In this document: in pieces, positions 52,301 through 61,271 of the stretch
Position numbering within the stretch: position 1 is the stretch's first letter
Layout of the letters: every line of letters begins with the position of its first letter
NCBI GenBank assembly: GCA_031266345.1
Contig: JAISBD010000004.1
Location: forward strand, 10,103 to 74,102
Direction of reading: 5' to 3'
DNA: 64,000 bases
Origin: Puniceicoccales bacterium
GTDB lineage: Bacteria; Verrucomicrobiota; Verrucomicrobiia; Opitutales; JAIRKQ01
Position numbers and translations under genes: made by a program
The notes under the pieces: model-generated
Database searches by the model: none
Told to the model about the DNA's origin: nothing
What the model saw: the letters and a program-made list of their open reading frames with translations, nothing else

Positions 52301-52890
52301 TTCCTCTCGGCGATGGCGAACAATTTCGGCAAAATTTGCTGCTGATCGGGTATGCCGTGGTCCTGCACCTCAACGAATAAATTTTCACTCCCAAAGATAT
52401 CGATTAGCTCCTCCAGTCCCCGCTGCGCCGCTGCTTCGTCGCCCATAAGCAGCATTTGCGAAACAAATCCTTGCATGCATCCCGTCAGACAAATTAGCCC
52501 ATCTCCATACTTTTTTAGGAGCTCGAAGTTTATCCGCGGCCTGTAGTAAAATCCCTGCGTGTGAGCAATCGAAACTAACTTGCACAGATTCCTGTATCCG
52601 GAAATATTTTTGGCCAGCAGCGTGCTGTGGTAAAGGGGGAATTTTTTATGTTCGCTGATGTCCTCGTGGAATAGGGTGTAGCACTCGCAACCGATGATGG
52701 GCTTGATTCCACATTTTTGTGCACTGTGAACAAAATCTGGTATGCCGAAAACATTGCCATGGTCAGTGATCGCGACGGCCGGCATCTCCAGCTCCTTTGC
52801 GCGTCCAAATAGGCGATCCATCCTGCAAGCGCCATCGAGGATACTGTAGTCGGAGTGCAGGTGTAGGTGTACAAAATTCTTAGCGCCCAT
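49345..52890 (-). CDS. dnaE: DNA polymerase III alpha subunit
   Basis: FVHLHLHSDYSILDG, GPGRGSG, PDFDIDF, KMDFLGL, YGFNKSH. Confidence 0.98.
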   Translation of the reverse strand: MGAKNFVHLHLHSDYSILDGACRMDRLFGRAKELEMPAVAITDHGNVFGIPDFVHSAQKCGIKPIIGCECYTLFHEDISEHKKFPLYHSTLLAKNISGYRNLCKLVSIAHTQGFYYRPRINFELLKKYGDGLICLTGCMQGFVSQMLLMGDEAAAQRGLEELIDIFGSENLFVEVQDHGIPDQQQILPKLFAIAERNNLRTVATNDVHYVKQSDWEAHDVMLCIQTGAKVADENRMKMSRHQMYVKSREEMELMFQDHREALDNSLIIADMCDIAMPYGENHYPVFPYSAEIAADRHVDYLKKLCINGLKERYNLDYGAVNGEVQVDANDAYNPANLCKRFDYELSTIERTGFVDYFLIVWDFVNWARQNGVVVGPGRGSGAGCLLAYLLKITDIDPIRFGLLFERFLNPERVSPPDFDIDFCMNRRGEVIDYVRSKYGKDHVANIITFGTLGAKMVVRDVCRVYDIPYEEANRLAKMIPDDLHVTLDEALAKSTELREEQRKSPQIAKILRECQVLEGMVRNVGTHACGIIISDRPTDDLVPVTLQEGSLTTQYAKEAVEELGLLKMDFLGLKTLTVIDIAERNIRRRDGFKNFSVSDVPLEDRATFDLMNSGETIGVFQFESAGIQRWCRQFGFSSVDEISALSALYRPGPMEWLPDYVAGKKDPAKIKYSHPLLRDICKSTFGIIVYQEQVMQAARVIAGYSLGQADILRRAMGKKKVDVMNAQRESFIQGAAKHNNISPAKAAELFSVLEKFAGYGFNKSHADAYAVIGYRTAYLKAHFPVEFMAALMSCDLGNAEKIELLIAEATRMNIPVLGPDINQSLNDFTPYVSENEQHIRFGLSAIKGVGDVAAANIIGERGKCGGFKSFIEFSQLVDTRVVNKRVFEALTLSGAFDSFGHDRQHLINSLANILREAANVQREKNSGQTSLFDMFGGGNAVVAIDSSGKGMSKFDKLKSEKATLGFYVSGHPMAEYGDITPVINSPASGDLSSLGDRVSFRVCGIIGGIAKKFTKKDSRPWAFFQCDTGKSVVQMNCFPDNFEKFGSKIKENELVVLTGTARIQGDESSYSIDGIESIGQALTHLISGIDWILDAESNQLDEFIGAINVFIQSNEGNSENVLRFEFSDGRCELAKMSAVLKSKFDLEAIGKLKSSPAVKGVSFKAQKLSQNGEKKYFKTPF

Positions 52891-53386
52891 GGTTGGTGAA
52901 AGATGAGCAGCAAAAATAAAAATACGCAAGCTTTTTATGATGGCTCAGCTAAGCGGCTTTTTTCGTCAAATTTTTGCAAAAGTTTCTTCCCCATGTTTTT
53001 ACATGCCTCCAAGTTTTTCCCACGACCCATGGGGCCAACCTCCCAGCCATCTCAGTATCAGGGATATAAACCAAGGTGTTGCAAATTTGCTCGCAAGAAT
53101 GGACAGTGAACAAGCATCTCAATATCAGAGATATAAGTCGGGATGCTATAAATTTAATGCCCCCACGCGGGGCACCATGTGCGAGCACGGGATGTGGACT
53201 GTAGGCACTGAATGTTGAAATATTGCCTGGCAAACGACGTGAAGATGGTGTTTTTGGGCAATTTTTCCTGCCTATACCCTTACTCGCAGCCCGCTTAAAT
53301 GAATGCTTACAGGGCGATTTATGAAAATAAAAAAATCACTAAACTCTTCTTTGTAGTCAGCTGAATATTTTTTTAAAATAGAAAAC

Positions 53387-53653
53387 TTAGTGATCATCGT
53401 AGTGCCCTTCGCAGCGTTCAAAATATACAGTGTCATCCTCAATGGTGTATACCAATCGATTTTTCCTATCGATGTGCCGAGACCATGTCTCATTATCCTT
53501 ATGTCTCAATCGCTCTGGGTGGGCTAAGCCACCCCGCGGCTCCGCCAATATAATTTCCATAAGCCTATCTATTTTGTCAGCTATTTGAGAATTTAGTTCA
53601 CAAAATCTATTATACTCTTTGTCAAATTGTTTGGAATATTTACGCTTGAACAT
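53387..53653 (-). CDS. yoeB: Txe/YoeB-family toxin
   Basis: KI..L...I...P..G...PERL.H.....WSR.ID..NRLVY...CEGHY. Confidence 0.9.
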   Translation of the reverse strand: MFKRKYSKQFDKEYNRFCELNSQIADKIDRLMEIILAEPRGGLAHPERLRHKDNETWSRHIDRKNRLVYTIEDDTVYFERCEGHYDDH

Positions 53654-53993
53654 TAGAGAGACCCCTCCTATCATTAACTGCTTTTCTAATTTTCCTTAAA
53701 TGCTCCAAAGCCTCCTCATCGGAGAAAAAAGTTTCAAGCTCTCCCCTTGCATCTTCCGCCATAGTTTCCTCATGTATTTTTTCGAGGACATCCACGTTAT
53801 AGGTTTGGCCGCTGCCGTCCTGGTAGAAGTGGATCTTGGATAGGTCGTGACCCTTCAAGGCGTGGCGGAGCATGCCCGCCAAATATTGAGCAATGGTGAC
53901 GTTCTCTTCCTTCGCTTTAACCCTGATTTTCCGAAACACCCCCCTATCGAGGTCAGCCTCGCTCAAAATAAAACTCTTCGCTGCGCTAGTCAT
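53640..53993 (-). CDS. Putative antitoxin (RHH-like N-terminus, acidic RelB-like C-terminus)
   Basis: Directly upstream of and overlapping the toxin by 14 nt; DLDRGVFRKIRVKAKEENVTIAQY and ARGELETFFSDEEALEHL. Confidence 0.7.
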   Translation of the reverse strand: MTSAAKSFILSEADLDRGVFRKIRVKAKEENVTIAQYLAGMLRHALKGHDLSKIHFYQDGSGQTYNVDVLEKIHEETMAEDARGELETFFSDEEALEHLRKIRKAVNDRRGLSNVQA

Positions 53994-54535
53994 AGTGGTG
54001 ACATATGATAGCAAGCTGGGAGGGAAGTCAATGAAAAAATAATCATAGCTTTGAAAGCTTTCAGAAAAGCACCTGAAACTAACACCGAAAAGAGGTAGAA
54101 GGAGCCTCGCACAAAATTTGCCCCATCGCCCACCCTGGCATGTGTCACAGGCCATTTGAATGTCATTTGGGAAAAAGGCAAATCGCAATCTGCCATTTGA
54201 GAATCGCAATAGGCAATATTTGTCGGGCGGCAGTGGAGTCTGATGTGCATGGCTAGGAATGGGTTATTAGTTATTTTCGTTTAGCTCAGGGGTTTAATTC
54301 AGGGTGGGCCTTTTCCGCTGCTTCTCGCACTCTTTTTGCTCTAAAACAGGGTTCATCCAACTCAAATTTCCCCAATTTCCTTTCCTGCCTTTCCAATGAA
54401 TGCTCCGATATTTCCTCCCTAAATTCCTTGTAATGGCGATTTATTGCGCTGCGGCGCTTGTGTATTTTGAATTTGGCAAAGCGGGATAATAGTCTTGACA
54501 AATTTTTTAGCTGGATTGGTATGTGTGGCGTAGGC

Positions 54536-54607
<72 letters not shown>

Positions 54608-54662
54608 TCATTTATTTTTTTAGAATGCCGTCTTGCACATTGCCGGCTTCGAAGGGGTTTAT

Positions 54663-56009
54663 ATGTTGGATGTTTTTTTACGCTATTTAGTCATATTTGT
54701 AATTTTACCGGCCCTACTCGCCGCTTCTGTTTATTTTTCTGTGCATTTGCACTGGCCCCAGCTGCACCGCCTCGGTGAGGGGTGGCGACACATACTAGTT
54801 GACAGGGTCAAAGATGGTAAGATGAGTAATTTTGCCGCCGTCGCGACCATAATCGGGGGGAATCTTGGCGCTGGTACGATTGCGGGAACGGCGCTAGCCA
54901 TCGCCATTGGGGGGCCCGGGGCCATTTTTTGGATGATTGTGGTGGCCATTTTGGGGAGTGTGGTCAAACTTGCCGGTGCGTCGCTGGGGGTGTTTTACCA
55001 GGAAAAGCAGCACCATGGGCGCTGCGTCGGCGGCCCGATGTTCTACATGCTGAAGGGCATCGGTTCCCCCGCGCTGAGCATTTGCTACTGCGTTTTCCTA
55101 GTGGGGGCATCGTTCTCCGTGGGCAACTTGGTACAGGTGCACGCCTTTACTTCCTCATTACCATCCTGTGGAATTTTTACTAAGGTCGCGTGCATTTTGT
55201 CCTTCATTATTCCCGTAACGATCATTTTGTCCGGAGGATTGCGGCGCTTCGCGGCATTCATGTCCTGCAGCATCCCCCTCATGGGTATCGCCTACATAAT
55301 CGCCTGCTTCATCGGCATAGTCATGCTGCGCAATCGGATACTTCCCGTCATTTGGCAGATTTTTTGCGAAGCTTTTTCTCCCGCCGCTGCCGGTGGCGGT
55401 TCCCTGGGAATCCTCCTTGCACAGACATTGCAAGCCGGCATATCCCGCGGTCTTTTTGCCACCGATATCGGCCTAGGTCTCGCTGCCATCGCCCATGGAA
55501 ACGTTGATAGCAGCAACATGCCCCTGCCCCAACATGCCCGCGAGCAAGGGATAATTGCTCTGCTAGCTCCAATTTTAGTTGCTGCGCTCTGCGCAACTAC
55601 CGGTGTTCTCATCCTGTGTGCGGGGCCAAACTTAAACCAAGGTGCCAGCCAAATATGCGTGGACACATTCAAGATTGCATTCAGATCCCCCCATGCGGGC
55701 TGGCTCATTCCACTAATTATCTACTGCTTCGCCCTGACAACCATCCTAGGGTGGGCTTGGTTCGCTGAGCACACGTTCTTTTTTCTCCGGAAAAATCGCT
55801 GGCGATACTACTACCGCATAGCATTCATCACCGTGATTTCCGTGGGCGCCTTTATGCAGACTTCTCTGCCTTGGACCATCGCCGATGTGTGCATAAATGG
55901 CCTGCTTCTTTCCAACTTGTTCGCAATTTTCCATCTCCGCCGCCAGGTTATTTCCATTCACAGTGACGAAATGGAAGGAGTGGTAGGCCGACAGGGGCTC
56001 GAACCCTGA
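54663..56009 (+). CDS. Alanine/glycine:cation symporter (AGCS) family
   Basis: G.G.IAG.A.AI..GGPGAIFWM, GGPMFY, GISRGLF....GLG. Confidence 0.9.
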   Translation: MLDVFLRYLVIFVILPALLAASVYFSVHLHWPQLHRLGEGWRHILVDRVKDGKMSNFAAVATIIGGNLGAGTIAGTALAIAIGGPGAIFWMIVVAILGSVVKLAGASLGVFYQEKQHHGRCVGGPMFYMLKGIGSPALSICYCVFLVGASFSVGNLVQVHAFTSSLPSCGIFTKVACILSFIIPVTIILSGGLRRFAAFMSCSIPLMGIAYIIACFIGIVMLRNRILPVIWQIFCEAFSPAAAGGGSLGILLAQTLQAGISRGLFATDIGLGLAAIAHGNVDSSNMPLPQHAREQGIIALLAPILVAALCATTGVLILCAGPNLNQGASQICVDTFKIAFRSPHAGWLIPLIIYCFALTTILGWAWFAEHTFFFLRKNRWRYYYRIAFITVISVGAFMQTSLPWTIADVCINGLLLSNLFAIFHLRRQVISIHSDEMEGVVGRQGLEP

Positions 56010-56055
56010 ACCAATGGCTTAAAAGGCCACTGCTCTACCATTGAGCTACCGACCC
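55981..56055 (-). tRNA. tRNA-Lys(TTT), CCA encoded
   Basis: GGGTCGGTAGCTCAATGGTAGAGC...GTGGC-CTTTTAA-GCCAT...GGTTCGAGCCC...CGGCCTACCA. Confidence 0.96.
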
Positions 56056-56157
56056 ACTGCCCCTGGAACCTAGGCGTGGATAATTTTGTGTCAATAAAGT
56101 TTTAAAAATTTTTATTGCCTTTATTCTGTAAATTGGTGAACTTTTGGTTTCAATAAA

Positions 56158-57951
56158 ATGTTTGATTTTTTTTACCAATTAGAAAGAGAGATGGCGCGGC
56201 TAAAAAAGCAACGCAGAGACAACAACATTGTGGTAGCAAGCAGATTACTGCGGATTGTATTGGGAGAATTTTTCAAGGCGCTATCCGAGCAGCTTCTCTG
56301 TTTGTTTTACAAATTAGTACACCCTTTCACTTGGAGGAGGAAAAGTAGCGGTGAAGTAACCGCCAAGGATAGCAATGATAAACTCAAGATGGCGGTGCTG
56401 ATTGCGGGTGGAATGGGTGACGCCTTAATGTATAGCTCAGTAATAAAAGCGCTGTCAAAGCGCATAGGATGCGACCACATAATAGGCGTGGTAAGTAATC
56501 GCAAAGATCAAGTTGACGTTTTACGGTTTATTTTTAGCGGTTTTCCCTTTGTAAATGTCTTGGAAAAAAGTAAGTTTTTACTTCAACGTTTCGCCAATAG
56601 AAAAATATTCTACGATGTGGAAATTGGGCTCAACAAAGTTACCACAATAATGAATTGCAATCACGAACTTGTTAAGCTCAAATCCCCGTGGCTAAGTAAC
56701 TTTTGTGAAAAAAATGAAAAATTTAAACTAAACAATAAGAAATTTTTTGAGGGACCTTCGGTTCACGCTCTTGTAAATCAATGGGCTATTTTGCGCGAAA
56801 TGACGAGGCTGCAGGTAGCGGATCAGTGTAAATTGCTGGGCATTGACTACGCTACTCACACATTCCTAAATTTAGATCCCGAGGGATTCAGCTTCTTGGA
56901 GAGCGCTGGATTGCGGGGAGTGAAATACATAACCCTTCAGCGGGGTGTTGGGGTTTGGGACAAGGATAAAGTTGAACTTTGGGATGGAGATGAAAAGTGC
57001 TCCACCGGTGCGGTCGCCACTAGTACAAGGATATGGCCGGAGAGGCATTATGAAAAATTTATAAAATTGTTTCACGAAGCTTATCCCGACGTAAAAATAA
57101 TACAAGTCGGCGCCGACCAAGATCTTGGAATACCATTTTCCGGGATAGACTTGAACTTGGTGGACCAAACTTCCCTGCAAGAATCGGCGGCGTTACTAAA
57201 GTATGCAATATTTCACCTAGACGGTGATGGTGGCCTGGTTCACATGAAGAGGCTTTTAAATGGCCGTTCCATTGTGCTCCTGGGAACAACTCCCGCCAAC
57301 CTGATCGGATATCCTGAAAATATTAATATTGCCGGCCCAGGGTGTAAAAGTTGGTGCGAATGGACAACCAGTGAGTGGCATAGAAAATGCTTGCGCGGCT
57401 TCAAAGAGGCACCTTGCATGGCTTCGATCACACCGGAAATGGTGATGGATGGCGCTCGTAAAATAATTGATAATTTGAAGGAACACTCCTACGAATCCGT
57501 GGATTGCGACCTCCAGGAAGATGAAATTGGGGATTTCGTCGGGAAACAGTTTCAAAATAGGGACATCGTCATCGCAGACATATTCAACAAGAGCGGCTGG
57601 GATTTGGCCCTCAAATTACGGAAAAATTTTAGCAACATTACGATGTTCAGGCTCGATTTTCACTATGATTCTTTTTCAAAAGCGGAGGAACTTGGCCTTA
57701 AACTGGAGTACGGGTGTCTCTACAACATCTCCATGGCAGATGATTCCTGCGATGCCGTAATTTGGCAAAATGGAGACCAGTCCGAGATGCGATTGGAATA
57801 CATTTTAGGGGAATTATTCCGCATAGTGAAGCCCGGCGGACTGCTGATCATTTCCGGCATTACCATTGAAAGCGCAACTTTATCCGGCTTTGGTTTGCCC
57901 AGCACTCCGAAAAAAGTCCATGTGCTAAAAAAGCAACTCGCCAAAATTTAG
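56158..57951 (+). CDS. GT9 (heptosyltransferase-like) glycosyltransferase fused to a class I methyltransferase-like C-terminus
   Basis: GGMGDAL, R.WP..Y, TSLQE, D.DGGLVH, PCM.SI.PE.V; then DDSCDAV and E.FRIVKPGG. Confidence 0.75.
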   Translation: MFDFFYQLEREMARLKKQRRDNNIVVASRLLRIVLGEFFKALSEQLLCLFYKLVHPFTWRRKSSGEVTAKDSNDKLKMAVLIAGGMGDALMYSSVIKALSKRIGCDHIIGVVSNRKDQVDVLRFIFSGFPFVNVLEKSKFLLQRFANRKIFYDVEIGLNKVTTIMNCNHELVKLKSPWLSNFCEKNEKFKLNNKKFFEGPSVHALVNQWAILREMTRLQVADQCKLLGIDYATHTFLNLDPEGFSFLESAGLRGVKYITLQRGVGVWDKDKVELWDGDEKCSTGAVATSTRIWPERHYEKFIKLFHEAYPDVKIIQVGADQDLGIPFSGIDLNLVDQTSLQESAALLKYAIFHLDGDGGLVHMKRLLNGRSIVLLGTTPANLIGYPENINIAGPGCKSWCEWTTSEWHRKCLRGFKEAPCMASITPEMVMDGARKIIDNLKEHSYESVDCDLQEDEIGDFVGKQFQNRDIVIADIFNKSGWDLALKLRKNFSNITMFRLDFHYDSFSKAEELGLKLEYGCLYNISMADDSCDAVIWQNGDQSEMRLEYILGELFRIVKPGGLLIISGITIESATLSGFGLPSTPKKVHVLKKQLAKI

Positions 57952-58098
57952 ATCCATCCACGGGCCCGGCATTTTGCTTTTCGATTCCCCATGGGAGAGT
58001 CTATGCGGGAGGCGAAAAAGGGTAAAAGTTTTAGGGAAATGCATGAAATACAATGGGCGAAGGGTAACCACATCAAAGTAAAAAAATTTATAGAATTC

Positions 58099-58126
58099 TT
58101 GCTAAAAGTTTTGGCTTTGCTATAAT
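58099..58126 (+). promoter_or_regulatory. Sigma70-type promoter for the 899-aa gene
   Basis: TTGCTA-16 nt-TATAAT with extended -10 TG. Confidence 0.6.
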
Positions 58127-58157
58127 TCAAGCTCCAAAACATCAGTGTGGAGAAAAT

Positions 58158-60857
58158 ATGAAGGCAATTAATAATCCTCAGGAGCAAGTTAGTGGCAATG
58201 CGCAATTGGAGCCAAAGAGCTCCCCCAATCGCCCAATCTTAGATAGAACTCTCTCGGCTAATTACTTCCAAGATACAACGCAACAAACCTCATCGGTGGA
58301 GATTAACGATCGAAATGTTGCAAAGCAATGGGCAGTTGATGCGGTGCATTCCCTTGCAAGTGGGTGGCGGAAAAATGTTTTAAAATTTTGCCACCACTTT
58401 GGCCACAGGGCGGTGCTGTGGGTTTTAAACAGACTAGCCCCAGTAACCTTGGAGAGTTGTACCCCTGAGAATATTGAAAAATTAGCAAACAAAGATAAGA
58501 AAACACTGCTGCAGTGTGCCTCTGGGGAGGCCATAGGTCAATTGCTTTCCAGGGGAGAAAGGGGCAAGCAAGTTTTTTCAAGCCTATTTAGCACCGTGGA
58601 ACCAGCGGATGTTGCATTGGCAAATAAGTGTCGCCCCTATCTCGATAATTTTCCTAATTTGAAGCTCGAATTTTCAAACAAAATAGGCACCTATCTCTGC
58701 GATTTGCCCCTTGAACAACTTAGGCAATCGCCGAATTCGGACAGGAAGTTTTGGCTGGAAAATGTCTCCGAAGAGAGTTTGCAGAGGCTCATCGGAGGAA
58801 CACACAAGGATAGGCAAGTTTTTTCAAGCCTATTTAATGCGGTAAATTCAGAAGATGTGATTTTAGCGGATAAGTGCCTAAATTGCTGCACCGCTGCCAA
58901 CGTTGAAAATTTATCGAATGACGATAAAAGGGCATTGCTGAGAAACGCTTCCGAAGAGAGCTTGCAAAGGCTTCTCAACGGAGGACAAGAGGGTAGGGTA
59001 GTTTTTCAGAGCTTGCTCAGAGCTACGGGACCGGGAGATGCGGCTTTGAGGGCTAAGTATTTGGAATATTATCTGCCGAGCAGCCTTGAAAATTTATCGA
59101 ATGACGATAAAAGGGCACTGCTGAGAAATGCTTCCGAAGAGAGCTTGCAAAGGCTTCTCAGCGGAGGACAAGAGGGTAGGGTAGTTTTTCAAAGCCTATT
59201 CCAGGCCTTGAACCCGGAAGATGCAGCTTTGGCAGATAGGTGCTTTTCTTGCCTTGACCGTTTTCCCGGTTTGAAGCACTTGAAGTCTGAATTTTTAAGC
59301 GAAACAAACGCCTATCTTGGAAACTTGACCGCCGAGAAGGCTAGGTTACTCCCGGGCGCGGACAGGAGGGCCATATTGAAAAATGCTTCCGAAGAAGTTT
59401 TGCAAGATCTTGCTGATAAAGTTCCCGTGGGCAGGGAAATTTTTCAAACTTTACTCAATGCTTTGAGGCCCACGGATCAAGATTTGCAGCAGAAATGCTT
59501 ACCCCATGTGCAAAGGGTCACGTCGCAGTCCATGCAAGCGGCAGCTTCCACGGCCCTGGAAAATTGGCGCAAAACAAATCCAAGCAAAAGGGCGAATGGT
59601 GAAAAAACATTCCTCGATAGTCGTAAAATGTGGCAGGGTATTGCAACCGCGATGGCGAGTAGCTGCTTCGATGAATCGGGAAAAATAGATCTCCTTAGGG
59701 CCAGAGCACTGAAATTAGCTGTGGAAGATGCCACTTTTTTCCAAGGCAAACCTTTTTCTGCGATCCCAGCCATGCCCTACATGTGCAAACAGATGTCCTG
59801 CACATTGGGGCATCTCATAAATGGTGCCGAAAGAAAGGATAGCTTGGCGGAGGTTTTGAACGAAGCAAATCAGCTCCAAGATGGTCAGCTTGGGACAAAT
59901 GGGCGGAAAATTTTAGCTACTATGGCCGAAAATCAAGGATTTTCCCTGGGGCCGGGGGTGGCCATTCTGACCTCCTTTTTTTCACCGCACAGGCAGCGAG
60001 TCCTCCCCTCATGCACAATGAATTCCACAATTAATGCCGAAATGCGCAATAACCCCGACCGCCTAGCGAGGATGTATAGGCAAATATTGACCGGCGATAC
60101 ATTTAATTTGCCAAGCGGATACCTCGTCCATCAGCAATCGATAGGTGATAGGCACATTGCCATCGACCTAAGCAATGGGTATGAAGTAAAAAAAGACCAA
60201 ATCCTCGACCCTAAATCCCAAAATATTCAGGCAACGGCGGGCATATTTCGGGACAGTAAGAATGCGAATGGGCTGCAAATTTTGATACACGACCTCAATG
60301 ATGTATTTTTCGCCAACTTTTTCCAATCTTCTAAGTTTGGGAACAGGGGCCTGCAAGGCTATGGCGACAATAATTATGGCACAACGTTTATATATTTTGG
60401 CGTGAGGGGGTATGATAAAACATATTCTCCGAAAATTGATATTGCTGAGGAGGCCATTGAGTCCAACATAAGGACGCTGCAGGATTATGCGGCGAAGCAA
60501 AAAGCTGCCGGCATGCACTACATGCGCGTGTGTACGCGGCAGGAAAGTTCCGCCCACGATGAAAATATAGACATTGATGCGCTGCTAAATTTGAAGCTCC
60601 ATGGGATGAAACCCGGCGAGCTGCACGTCATCGGTGATAGGAACTGGGGAAGTGGTGATGGGAGGTCCATGCACTTGGCCGTTAAAAAACATGAAACGCC
60701 TCCCCCCGCGTATTCCTTTCAAACCGTATATTCCGACGGCAAAATCAGCGCCTTAAACAGGCCTGACATTAAATCTTTCGAAGTTTACGACACCTCCGCT
60801 AGTAAAACCTACGGCCAATGGAAAATTGAACAAGATGGCAAAATAATTAGTGCTTGA
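58158..60857 (+). CDS. 899-aa protein with five ~60-aa helical repeats and a C-terminal papain-like domain; candidate effector
   Basis: Repeats containing NASEE.LQ.L and VF.SL; RQRVLPSC, SAHDENI, IGDRNWG. Confidence 0.7.
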   Translation: MKAINNPQEQVSGNAQLEPKSSPNRPILDRTLSANYFQDTTQQTSSVEINDRNVAKQWAVDAVHSLASGWRKNVLKFCHHFGHRAVLWVLNRLAPVTLESCTPENIEKLANKDKKTLLQCASGEAIGQLLSRGERGKQVFSSLFSTVEPADVALANKCRPYLDNFPNLKLEFSNKIGTYLCDLPLEQLRQSPNSDRKFWLENVSEESLQRLIGGTHKDRQVFSSLFNAVNSEDVILADKCLNCCTAANVENLSNDDKRALLRNASEESLQRLLNGGQEGRVVFQSLLRATGPGDAALRAKYLEYYLPSSLENLSNDDKRALLRNASEESLQRLLSGGQEGRVVFQSLFQALNPEDAALADRCFSCLDRFPGLKHLKSEFLSETNAYLGNLTAEKARLLPGADRRAILKNASEEVLQDLADKVPVGREIFQTLLNALRPTDQDLQQKCLPHVQRVTSQSMQAAASTALENWRKTNPSKRANGEKTFLDSRKMWQGIATAMASSCFDESGKIDLLRARALKLAVEDATFFQGKPFSAIPAMPYMCKQMSCTLGHLINGAERKDSLAEVLNEANQLQDGQLGTNGRKILATMAENQGFSLGPGVAILTSFFSPHRQRVLPSCTMNSTINAEMRNNPDRLARMYRQILTGDTFNLPSGYLVHQQSIGDRHIAIDLSNGYEVKKDQILDPKSQNIQATAGIFRDSKNANGLQILIHDLNDVFFANFFQSSKFGNRGLQGYGDNNYGTTFIYFGVRGYDKTYSPKIDIAEEAIESNIRTLQDYAAKQKAAGMHYMRVCTRQESSAHDENIDIDALLNLKLHGMKPGELHVIGDRNWGSGDGRSMHLAVKKHETPPPAYSFQTVYSDGKISALNRPDIKSFEVYDTSASKTYGQWKIEQDGKIISA
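58903..59191 (+). repeat. Near-identical ~106-bp intragenic direct repeat, period 183 bp
   Basis: 58903-59008 versus 59086-59191 (TTGAAAATTTATCGAATGACGATAAAAGGGCA...GTAGTTTTTCA). Confidence 0.92.
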
Positions 60858-60941
60858 TGAGGGGTGAAAATTTAATTTTAGAAACAAAAATTTTACTTTT
60901 TTTTACTGTGGATATTTTTTTGGTAAAAAAATGCTAATTCC

Positions 60942-61271
60942 CTAGCGCCTCCTGGGTGCCCCTATCAGCTTTTTTATGAACTCCGCAGGAAGCTTATTTC
61001 TAATTAAAGCACCTCCTATGTGCCTCTCTCTTGCATTGGGATCCAATCCGAAATTATAGTACAATGTCCTGCCCTGGGCTTATATCCTCCGAACTTCCAC
61101 AGTTTGCGCACAGTCTCCAGTAACAAAGTGTGCTAAAGCATGGAAGCCGCATTGTCCGTCATCTGGAACATGAAAAATGCGAAAGGTAGTATCGCCCACA
61201 GCTAGGGGATCATCGATTAAACCAACAATGCGGCATACCAGGTGGCAGCGATCCAGGAGCGGCTTCTTACT
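60942..61271 (-). pseudogene. Decayed OTU-type deubiquitinase domain
   Basis: Manual translation FRIFHVPDDGQCGFHALAHFVTGD...VEVRRI*; no ATG in the frame, in-frame TAA at 61080-61082. Confidence 0.7.

Noticed and set aside
52937-53233. Two overlapping ~93-aa ORFs between dnaE and yoeB
   Set aside because: No motifs or coding evidence for either strand
56075-56083. DnaA-box-like TTATCCACG in the tRNA-Lys promoter spacer
   Set aside because: Single imperfect copy, expected by chance
58903-59191. CRISPR array or IS ends
   Set aside because: Repeats are in-frame coding duplications; no spacer array, cas, transposase or integrase seen anywhere in the window
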